Shown here in pieces: positions 13,501-25,500 of a stretch of 43,694 nt of DNA. How positions within the stretch are numbered: the stretch's first letter is position 1; the number at the start of each line of letters is the position of its first letter. Source of the stretch: Choristocarpus tenellus KU-1152 (taxonomy: Eukaryota > Protista > Phaeophyceae); assembly GCA_964200185.2 (NCBI GenBank), contig CAXNAD020000027.1, positions 1-43,694 of the forward strand, given 5' to 3'. A program made the translations under genes and the position numbers. Below the pieces are notes generated by a model. It did not search any database. It had not been told where the DNA came from and saw only the letters and a list, made by a program, of their open reading frames with translations.

Positions 13501-16500
13501 TACAACTAAATTTCATCCATATTTGTGGCATGTGGTTTTGAGGGTGCCAAAGATAAATAAAATAAAAAAATATCATACAATACCACATTATCCATGTCAA
13601 TCAGGCACATGATGGTCTCCTTACAAGCACATTTGGCGAGCAGGTCAAACAAAGGTACCTTGTGTTTGCACATGCAGTGGACTCATACAGCACACGGTTG
13701 TATGTTGAGTGGGAACAACGTGTGGGGGCTGTGGCAACAGAGAAACTTAAGCAACCCATTCTCTGCTCAAGTAGTGTGTATGGAACCCAGCAAAGGCAGG
13801 AGGATGGGCAGGACGGTGAAGGTTTGCGGGAGCAGGGGTCTGCACTAAACCACCTTGCCAAGGTCAGTAAGGTGACCCTTCATCAGCCTTCAATGGAGAA
13901 CAAGAACCCAAGGATGCCCCTACCACCATATGGGGTTAACTTTGCAGCAGAGCTGTTCATGATCATCCGTGAGAGCAAATATTTGGATCTCATGGGATTT
14001 CAGGCAAGATATATAGAAAATATAGGAGCTAGGCCAAAGCGTTTTTAATTTTCATTGTAATATTGACATTGGTGGGACACCATACCACCCTCCATGGTGC
14101 ATCATGCAGGTATGAATAGCTGAATTTTTGGTGTTGGTATTCTTATGATACAGCTGTGAAGAGGTTTAGACATCCCATTATTATTATTAGACATTATTAT
14201 CACTTTGTGTTATCGCTCAAGTATCTCATGCACCATTGAGGTATCATGCTGTGCTTTGAGAGCTGTGGAATCAAGTAATAGATTGTGAAACTTAATTGGT
14301 CAGAGGTGACAGCAACTCTCTGTAGTACATTGATCCCATTCTTGGTCATTGAATGATCTATTTGAGCAAGAGCAATCATTGATTTATCAACATCAACCTG
14401 AGGTAAACATGCCACTAAAAAGATGTCTCAAATTAGTGCTGGGAGTAGTTACCTAGATTCCCCCCTTCAAAATACTTGAAATAATCCTACTGGAAAAGAC
14501 TTGGGATGGCAGTTATGTGAGACCAACCCTCCTTTCACCTCAAATGTCTTGGTGAGAAAATCCTGGGTAGAAAAGGGGAAAACAGATGTTATTGGGGGAG
14601 GCATTGAACACCTTCTGATGAACCAAAGAATGGTAAATAGCGATGACAGTTACATGTGTTTGCTGCACATGCTCCGCTGGATGTCAAGGTACACAACACA
14701 CTGGGCTGTGGTGATCTTGGAAGTGCTTGTAGATTTTTTGAAAATGAACTGAATACTTGTTGTGGGAAATAATATTAATATGGCAGCCTCTTGTAACCAT
14801 CAGATGGCCCCACAATATTAGTTTAGCCAGACTGAGCTCATGTAAATTTTCCCAATATAAGAAAGAGATGGTGATCATTAGAGAGGCAACTCATTAGAGA
14901 GGCAACTAACTCATTAGAGTGGGAATTTATCTGTTCATGGTGTTGTTCTTCGTACCACTTTCATGTTCTGCCATTGGTGCTCTGTTCACAAGAGACCTAT
15001 ATTGTTAGTCCTCACTAACCACAAAGTGATAATATCTTCAAAGTGACCAAGTACACTCACATGCATGTGGATCAACTAACCTCATGTTGCGGAAAATTCT
15101 ATGAATCCCCATTGATGTTTCCATCTCCTCATCTTGTACCAATTTGTGATATGTTGCATGCTAGAGGGCTACAGCAATACTCAATATCTGATACAAATTT
15201 TTTCAAAGGGGGTACAACATTAACCAGTGCAATAGCTTGGTATGCAATATGAGCCAAAGTATCTTAGAGGGTAGAGCTGCGTCCATTTGGGGGTCAAAAT
15301 TTAATGTTGTGATTTCGAAGAAATTTTGGCTATCGTGTTTGTTAGGAAGTGTCATTAACCTTGCTCCGGACATACCTTTTCAGAACGTATAAATTTTACC
15401 TACTCTTAAATATTTTGAAGTAGGAAAATTTCATAAAAACCCCGAGGGAAGCCAAGCCCCAAATGGACAAACAGGGCAAAACTCGTACCCTCTAAGATAC
15501 TTTCACTCATATTGGAGTTATACAAGTTCTACAGTAAATGGGAGGTTGATGGTAGATACTACACTTGTGAAATACCTTCCTAAGAACTATAGCATCATGT
15601 GCAGGTGCCTGAGGCCGCCTTGAATGTGGCCCTTCAAGAGGACAAATACCACAAGTACATTCAGGACCTCCAACATATGCTCAAGAACTATGATGCTCTG
15701 GTAGGAAGTCTCACACATGTGGAGACTTGTCTCTTGTCAAGACAACTACAAAACCTCCAGGCTGTGCTGCTGACAGGTTTTACACCATTGAACTGGAACA
15801 GTCAACGCATTCCTTCCTTCATTGAGACTTGCAACAAAGCTCTCAATGAATTTTCTGGGATAGTAAGTCAGATACACAAGAGTTCAACGATGATCCGGGA
15901 AGTGGTGTCCAGGTGTGTCTCCCAATTAAACTTGATTTTCTCAGCATTGTGTACCTTCTCGAATAGATCAATGCTTTATTTCATTTTGAAGAAGCAATGC
16001 ATCTATTTTAGAGGGTTTGTCTTAGGACCTCCTTGTCTTGCTGCCCTTCCCACAGCATAGAAAATATGCTGCTCATGCAGGAAAAGGACTTCATATCTCC
16101 TGAGGGTCCGCTACCTCCTATGGACGTAGCAGAGTTTTATGACACCTTGGACACAAAGCGATTGGCCAGACTGGATGGATTGGTGCAACAGTACAACAGT
16201 ATTGAGAGCTTGCTTATCAAGGTCAGAAAAAAATCAAGCCAAAGACAAGGCACTTCAACCAGACATGTATTAATGCCTATGAAAAATAGTATTAGGTGCA
16301 GGAAAATGATTTGGTGTGTAGCTGGTCTTCTTTTCGTGGAGGGTAGAAGCCATCAGAGATAGCTGTTGGTTTTCTACGTCCTTCGTTGATGTGGGGGAGA
16401 TATGGAGCTTGGGTGATGTTTCAGGAAAGGGCTAAATATCTATATGTGTATGACTTACTTGACAGCAACATCAACAATCAATGCAGAACTAACCAGCCAT

Positions 16501-19500
16501 TGCTATCTGATGCAAAACCGCAACGGTAATCCTTTACACTTCAACCTTCTTCATCCCATCAATCCACATCTATGCGTAATCTCTGACTTAACAAGTTGGT
16601 TTTGATTTTGTGACCTCTTTGAGATGAAAGATGGGACCTACGCATTTCTGGTCCTGTTCTTCAATATATCATTTTTTTTATAGAAGTAGCAACATTGATT
16701 TGTTCAGATCGGATTGTTGCATGAGATTGTTACATCAGATTGGAATTGACCATTTGCCTATCAAGATGATACATAAAATTGTCCAACATAAATAAAGTAT
16801 ATCAGTGCTTCTCTTTGTAGAGCAAATGATGACTCACCAGTGAGAGGTCTTCCCGTCACCTAGAGACAATGCCAATCAGAGAAGACTTTTCCCACACAGT
16901 GAAGAGGAAGAATCTGACAGTTGCAGAGACAGGGACTGTCATTACCAAGCTGCTTCAGAGGAAATCAACTTGAGTGGGCATGTTAGGCCTCCACGCAAAG
17001 ACAACCACAAAGCTTAGGAACAACTCAAGGCCAATTGCGTTATAGATGCAGGCATGGGGTTGGGGAAGAGAGGGAAATCTTGCCACCAGGTTCTGAACAT
17101 TGAGGAATTGGGAGACAAGCGCTGAGATATCCCATTGAAAGAACCCCACTACCCAGTCCGCTTTATTGTATTGCTGCTCATCTAAACCATTGCTTCCTCT
17201 GGTCTCAAACAAAAAAATACACTTTGGATGTATGAAAGCTTGTGGGGAGTGTTTGGTCACGGAATATGAACAAACCCCTACGGGTGAAAAACACACTTTG
17301 TCTCTATACATCTCGTGATTCAAATCACCCATGTAATACTACACAAAGGAAGTGGGGTAAGAGTCAACCTGTGCTTGCTCGAGTCATGTTTGTGCAAAAA
17401 TTAACCTTATGTCAATACCTTGCTGACTCTTTTCAACATCCCATGATAATTTCAGGTTGAGGAAGTGGTAGCAGGCACGAACACTGGCATGTCACCTCTT
17501 CTAGCAGGTTACTACCACTACTGGGAAAAAAATATTTTTAATGCCATCACCAAATGCATTATATCCAGCATGGCTACATTTCTGGCATTACTTCAAAGCA
17601 AAGATAGACCCCCTCTTTGCGAAGTGAAAGCTACATTGAATGGCAAAGACCTAGTGGTGACACCAACAGTTAATGATATTTACAAGTACCTTACCAAGTC
17701 AGTGAAGAACATGGTTGAGTCTGCACGAATGTTTGTTCGATGGATGCATGGGACTTGCTGCCAGACAGCTCCACAGGTGAGAAAGGATTGTCTGCAACAA
17801 AACAAGTAAGAACAGGGAAGGGTTATACTTTCATGCTTTGAAGCAATCATTTTGTCAGTAAGAAATATATACTTTGATTGATTGTTGTTGAATTTATTGC
17901 AGTTACATTGATTTCATGCCATGTGTATGTCTTACACCACACCTCACCCTATAGTATAATATGTTTAATTTTTCTTGGGTTAGTAGGAGTGTTCTGCAAG
18001 CATGTTTTGTACCACCTTCACTACAGGCTGGATTTCAGACAAAAACATACGCATTCCATGCACATAAACTGGCTCTACATATATGCCCTTACAATTATTT
18101 TTTGGCTTTTAAGAGCCTTCATGTAGATAATTTGTTCCACCTGGTAGAATCTGCATAATCAATACATAACTTTTCAAGGATCCTCACAACTGTGGGTAGT
18201 TGAAAGCAGCATGAGTCTTGCAAGATGGGCATTATCTTCCAGTTGATTCAGGCGGTACAAAAAGGATCAATGCAAACATGTATGTGGTTGGCAAGAACTA
18301 TTTCAACTTAGTTCCCATATTGTTGGTCTGCTTTCTGGGTTCACCAAACCATAGGTTCCATTTCCTTCTCCTTTTTTTATTGGCACAACATGCAGATTAA
18401 GAACAAAATAGAGCTATTTGAAAGTTCCAAGGAGACTAATCAGTTCTGTGGAGCAAATGGAGCAGTACTAAATGTATTTGGCTTTGTTAACTGTCAAAAT
18501 TGAAGGGTCACATGCTTTAAGTAAGCCCAACACAGGGAAAAATGAATACCCAATATGTTCAACACCTGATAAGTACTATGCTTAGTATGAGATTGTAGTG
18601 AAGTGGCAAGCGAGAAATTTCCTTCCATCTTTAAAGATAGGGTCCATCTTTGCAACGAGCATGAGGTAGCATGAAAGACATAGTACAGAAATGCGTTGAC
18701 ATTCTTTGCAAATAGCATTCATCAAGCAGAGTCAAAGGTCTCCCAATTACATTAGGACTTTGGCTGGGTCCTTGACCAGGTAGGAGGCCTTCTAACTTTG
18801 TCAAACAACGTGCAAAGTATGCCATACACCCTGATGCATGCCTCAGACATATCCATGCTTTTCTCTTTGACACTGTCGAGATTGAATGCCTCCAGTCATG
18901 CTTGTTGAGTGTATGGAGGACCCAAACGACCAATTCATCTGTTGGTCAACGAGTTTTTCCTCAAGGTGCAAGGCCTACCAGCTCACATCACTACAACTCG
19001 GCATACTATGTACACAAGTTTTACATGATCATATGGAAAGCTTGAGCAAAATGTAGAGCAGTTTCCACATCTTTTGCCAGGAGCATATACTATATTTCAC
19101 TGGAAACATACCATACAACAAACAATCTGCTGAATATAACTGCCCTATATTTTCCATTTGCTCAGCAATAACCCACTAGATAGTGTACAACAAATGAACA
19201 CTTGCTGCCATAGGTATTTGAGGAGGAGGAGCCTTTTATCTTTTCATTCTATCAAGATATGAGCCAAAATCCACATGTCATCAAGCTCATGCTACAACTC
19301 AACCAGGCTATTCATAAAGTCTTTTCCATGATGAACAAATACTTGGATGGCTGGCGGCGATATGACACAGTGTACAATCTCTGGAACCCAAAGCGAAAAC
19401 AAGCGCTTGACAAGTTGGCTGAAAAGAACCACACCTGTGTCTATTTCGATACAAGGATTGCCAGCTATGAGCTTCTCGCAGAGACCGTTAGGGCACAGCC

Positions 19501-22500
19501 TAGTGAGAAGGATGTGGAGTTTATTCGTATTGACTGCTACTCTGTGGCTGTAGGAATAGCAGCTCAGGCAGACCAGTGGAAGATAGACTATGGGGCAGTG
19601 CTACATCAGTGCTCTTCTGTCTTACTGGAGCAGCTCTGCTCCAAGATGACAGAGGTCAGTGTATTTCTGATTTTCCACAAGGTGCTAGAGGCCACATACA
19701 TGGCCACTGCCATGTGGTGTGATCATTTTGAGGGGTTCCAGGAAATGAACAGTTTTGTCTGATTCTAACGTGTCTTATGTCACAATTGTTTCTGAACTAC
19801 TTTACATAGCCTATTCTCCCCTGCATACTTTCTCAGAGCCACTTTGAATGAGTCAGTCAATTACATATCGGGCGATTAAATTATAAAAGATTCACCTCCT
19901 CACTTTTCCCACCCGTAGAGGGAGGCTGTCTTTGCTTGTGTTACCCTGTATCAAAACTATAAATGACTGACTGCAATAGTGATGTGGCCATCAAAAAATA
20001 TATATGTTTTTATCAGGTAGCTTTCTACTAAGGTACTACTAACAACGTCTCAACCACATCTCATGCTATGAATATTTAATTTGATACCAATGATCAACTT
20101 TCAAGCCACATTACAGTACTACTGTTCTAGGGGTACATCAACCAGAACTTGTTTGATGTTTTCCTGTATGTCTAACTAATGAACCTGTACACTCAAAGCC
20201 TGTGCCATTGTACTCATTATATTTTTACTTAAAGCACTTAACAGATAGCATCTACGTCACTCTTTTCCCTTTCCCACTTCTCCCCTAACACTGCCAGTGC
20301 CTGTATGGCACATTCTCTCGGCCATGAATTCAACGACCTGTGAACATTATCCCCTCAAACAATGTCAATCCCCAGCTTGAGGAGGACCTTCAAGGTGACC
20401 CAGACAACCTTGATGCTTTGAAGTTTGTTCTAAACACCATTGCTGATGTATGTGGTATGGGCATGGATGTGGAACTCAGCATTCTGGATGTAATGGAACG
20501 ATATCGCACACTCCACCACTACTGCATTCCTGTACCTGAGGAAGAGATGACCAAGGCCACCAAGATTGCAGATCGCTGGCAATCACTATTTCTTGAGGCC
20601 AAGACAAAGGACTTGTGCCTTGTTAAGGTCAAAGAGCAATTCCGTGAGGTCACGAAAAGACAGGCTCTGGAATTTCATGCCGACCTGAAGGACATGGAGA
20701 GGGAGTTCAAGGCCACAGGACCTGGCAATTCTAGCACTGACCTTGAGGATGGGGCTCGTCTTCTTGCTGAGTATGAGGAAAGGGTGCAGGTGGGCAGACT
20801 AGATATTGGACTCTTCATATTAAAAAAACTTATGAAAAATACTACACTCAAAGCACTTAATAACATTTCATAAAGAGCCCCTTGAAACAGTATTGTTTGC
20901 TCATTCCAATTCTCCACTAGTACGGTAAAATTACCTCATGCAGTGTCCAAGTCAAATACTTTTTGCCCTACCCCCCCTACTGATTCCAACAAATTTAGTG
21001 CGGTAGTAAGTACACTCTGAACAATTAAATTTCCGTATTACTCAGTTCATTATATCACTTGTACGGCGGGGGGAAACTGCCCAGAGAGAGGTGCTCAGGA
21101 AGGTGCGTTCTGGTCTATTTTATACTCAACCATTTATAAATACAAATATACATGAATGCTAGAATGCACTAGTCCCAATATTCCTTAATTTCCCTTTCAG
21201 GTGTACTTGATAGATAAAATGGATTTGCCTCTGTTTAAAAAGAGGGTAGTGTTTGGACAGAATACTGATTCAAAGGGGCACCCTGGCAGTGTTTTTCCAG
21301 CTCCAAATTGGTCCAAAATTCCTACTTGAAGTATATACTCTACAATGATATGAACAGCTCCTGAGATAGGTGTCTAGGAAAATGAACTCCTTTGACTCAA
21401 GGCAAATCCTGTCTTCTACAGACAACAATTGGAATAGCTCAGCAAAAAAATGAACTTCGCTCTCCACCTGGCCTCATCACAATTTTTCAGTGGAGATGAG
21501 ATACATAAATCTCTTCCTTGTAGTGTGCAGTAATCACAGCCCCTCACTGAAATTCTGATCATTGATCAAAGGTACAAAAATATTTTGTATTTTATCTCCA
21601 ACACAAGTCCTTCGACTGTGAACATCATCCCATGTCAGGCCTGCACAATGAAGAAGCTGGAGTTAGTCAATGCAGAGGGTCTGTTTGGTCTGGGCATAAC
21701 TGATTATCCCGAGCTCAATCGTGTATCAGCTGAGCTGAAGAGACTTTCAAGGATCTATGACCTCTACAGAGAACAACGAGAGTTTGAGGAGGGCAATGGT
21801 GCTACCCCATGGGCAGATCTGGATGTAGGATCTCTGCAACGAGGCGTAGAAGATTTGGAGAAAAAAGCCAGAAAAGAGAAGCAATTCAAGGAGCATCCCA
21901 CCTTTCGTGCTGTGGAGACTAGAATATTCAACTTCAAAGACAGCATTCCTCTTATCACCAACCTTAAGAATGATGCTATGAAGCCACGGCACTGGGAAAA
22001 GTTGATTGAGGTGGGTCATTTTGCTATAGATGCTCTAAGGTTGTTTGGGGACTAGCGCAGTATCTGCTTCCTACCTTGACACCAAGCAAGTTGCACACAA
22101 TATAATGGCCCGTAATTGCCTCCCAAACGCGTGTGCTTTACTTTCCAGATGACAGGTGTCAAATTTGATGCTTCAAACTTCAAGTCACTGACACTCGGGA
22201 ATATATTCCAGATGGAGCTCCACCGTTTTACTGCTGATATTGATGAAATTGTCAATGAGTCTGTTCAGGAACTAAAGATTGAGAATGAAATACGAAAGAT
22301 TGAGGCTACGTGGCGGAAAACAGAGTTGGTGTTGGCCAAATACACAAAGAATGGTGTGGACAGGAGTTACGTCCTACGAGCAGCCGATGATATAAAGATG
22401 GAGCTGGAAGACAATATGCTCAATCTGCAGACAATGGCTGGCAGCAGATTTGTGGGGAGCTTTGCTGATCAGGTGATTGTACCATAGCTGCTGTAAGTTC

Positions 22501-25500
22501 ATTGGATGCAAAAGCCCATAGTACCTGAAAGCACCAGCTCCCACTTAGTGCTTGTTTGGTTAAAGAGACACAAAGCATCACATGGGTTGACCTGAGCACA
22601 ATTGTAGTGCTGGTAAGGAACAGTGTCCTGACACGCTTCATTTATAGTGAGGCATAGAGCCCTACTTTTGTATTACTGTTACTATCTGAGAGAAAAAAGT
22701 GATGACAAGTGCAACTTGGAATCAGCATTGTATTGTTGCATGGGGACCAAGGTATCAAGTTCAGACCATGTGTTCTCGTGTTTCGTACTCATATATCATA
22801 CTCATGTATCATACTCATGTATCATACTCATGCATCATACTCATATATCATACTCATGCATCATACTCATATATCATACTCATATATCATACTCATGCAT
22901 CATACTCATATATCATACACATATAATATTAGCACTACTTGTTTGCACTTCATTTTGGAACCCTCTTTCCTACCTTGTATTGCCTTCCTACAGATGAAAA
23001 ATATGATGAATTGACTCTTTATGGGCAGATTCTTTGCCTGTGTACCTCAATCTGTTTCCTATATAATGACCTTGCTGTAACGCCTGAATTGATGCCTCAC
23101 CCCCTGTAGGTGCGTGGTTGGGAACGGACCCTAAACTTGGTCAATGAGACACTTGACATGTGGTACACTGTACAGCGCAAGTGGATGTATCTAGAGAGCA
23201 TATTTATTGGTGCAGAAGACATCCGTCTACAACTTCCAGAGGAGGCCAAGAAGTTTGATGCCATTGACAAGGCGTTTAAGCAGGTGCGATAGTGCTAAGC
23301 CAGTAAGCACACCACACACACTTGTACTTGTAGTGTGAAGTAATTGGATTGATGATGAGACTCTCTCTTGTTCGAGTAATTTGGCATAGGCAGGAAGTGC
23401 TGGTCCTCTAGAGTCAATTAGACTGTGTCTTAAAGCGACCTGTTGTTTTGTGAGTTATGGACGTGAAAGACTTTTGAGAGATCAAAAGGAATTTATATAT
23501 ATATATATGTGTGTTGGACTGGGTGATTGTAATTGGTTTAGGAGCAAACTATGGATCTTAGCTTCAATCATTTTTATATGTTACCTTTTGGTTTCTCAAA
23601 AACACAGAACCTTTGAGACACTGCCTTATAATAATTGAAGGTGTGATATAAGAAAAATTCAGAGCAGATGAGAGGCACCCGGTATAGATGAAAACAGAAG
23701 GACTGAATTTGTATAAAATTGTACATGTTCTCTCCTTCTCAATTACTTAAAAGGATTTTTGGCTATTTTCTACTCATTTATACATGTAATGGCAAATGAT
23801 GCTGAGGACACAGTGTAATTTGATATGGGGTCCATCTTACAGAATCAATCAAGTCGCAGGTGTGCACCTAAAGGAAGGGTACATGCTGTGCACCACCCTT
23901 TCCTTTCAACCTAGAATACTCAACCGACAAACAAACAATACCAAAGAGAGTTAGTTACTTATATCAACAATACTAAAGAGATTTACTTATATCAATGAAA
24001 TATTGCCTGCATTCTTATTATTGCCTAAATTATCCAGCAATGGCAATCGGGGGTCCTGTTGGGCAATCAATAAACCAACTTTGTTGGTGGTTGTGTGTGG
24101 AACCAGGGTCAACATACTTGGTGAAGGAGCAGTGGAGTGTAAAATCAGAGTAAAGAGGGCATACTAATCCACAATCTGTACAGGGGAGTTGAATCAAGTA
24201 ACAGGAGCACACGTTGTTGAAGATATATATATCGCTTGTACAAGGCAGAGCTAAATTGGGAAAAAAATCCTCCTGTCCATGTTTCACAGTATGTTGACCT
24301 TTAATGTACAAGGAAAGTCAACATCCTATTCAGGTGTTACCTTATAGTAGACACCACATAGCAACATTCACTTCACTCTGGTGGATCAGCTGCTTAATGT
24401 AGCACTATCAGTAGAGTACTCAGGGGAACTATTGTAATGGCATGTGACATGCCTCTCAACCTGAAGCAGAAGTAGGTGCACAAGGAAGTAGATGGACAAA
24501 GAGAGAGACTACACCAGAGTAATACTATATGAATACAAATATTAGTAGTAATAAATGTTAGTGATTTGCTCCCTTCACATCAGGGACTACTCCAATGACA
24601 TTACTAGCAGGGAAGTAAACATTCTGTGGAAATAATTCCATAAACATGGTTGATTGAAAGCAGCTGAGTGGTCTTTGAAGTTAGTAAGTAGTATTGTTAG
24701 AAGGAGTAGAAAACATTAAAAGATTACAGGCATGTGCATGGAAAGGGGAAGGTACAGTAAAATGTTTTTAGAGAGGTCACGATCATTCAGCACGTCACTG
24801 CAAAAACTACCTTGAAGGTTTGATTTTTTTGGAAATACATACGATAGCAAATATGAAGAAGGTGTTTTGAAGTGCCTCAAATAGAACAACCACATCATGC
24901 AATCAAGCTGAAAGCTCAAGATCAAGCAAATAACCTTCGGCAAAGTCAAAGAAGTGACCAACAGGGGGCAGTGCTCAACACCACGGAATGGATTGGTGGA
25001 GTGATGAACTGCAGCCTCACAGTCCTGCATAGGTTCTTGTATTATAGCAGCTACCTCACTTGCCCCTTATTTGAAGCCACTCCTTGAATAATTTATTTCT
25101 TCTAACACTAGTAATATCATTCCCACTCCCTTGGCCTGGACAATTGCTCAATTGCAGATCATGACTCAGACTTACCAAAACCCAAATGTCACAGAGGCAT
25201 GCACAGCAGACAATCGTCTAGAAGCTTTGGAGAGTCTAAGTGAGCGCCTGGATTTGACCCAGAAGTCCTTATCGGACTACCTGGACACCAAGAGAAACTC
25301 ATTCCCGCGGTTTTTCTTCATTTCTGATGATGAATTGCTGTCTGTTCTTGGCTCCAGTGATCCCACATCCATTCAGGCAGGAAGGAGGCAGGGCCGGTGA
25401 TTTATTCCTGTCTATTTTGGGATCTCATCTTGTCAAAAAATATCCCGGCCTGAGGAAACTATTTTAGGCTATACAACAATATTACGACTGCATACGCTGT

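Noticed and set aside
20921-21036. Weak inverted ends TACGGTAAAAT / ATTTCCGTA in intron 12
   Set aside because: Match too short and imperfect, with no second copy in the window.
22786-22925. Regular short repeats as a possible CRISPR array
   Set aside because: Units are contiguous with no unique spacers, there are no cas genes, and the array lies in a spliceosomal intron.
22647-23014. Three overlapping His/Tyr/Ile/Ser-rich ORFs
   Set aside because: They are translations of the 13-bp minisatellite inside dynein intron 14.
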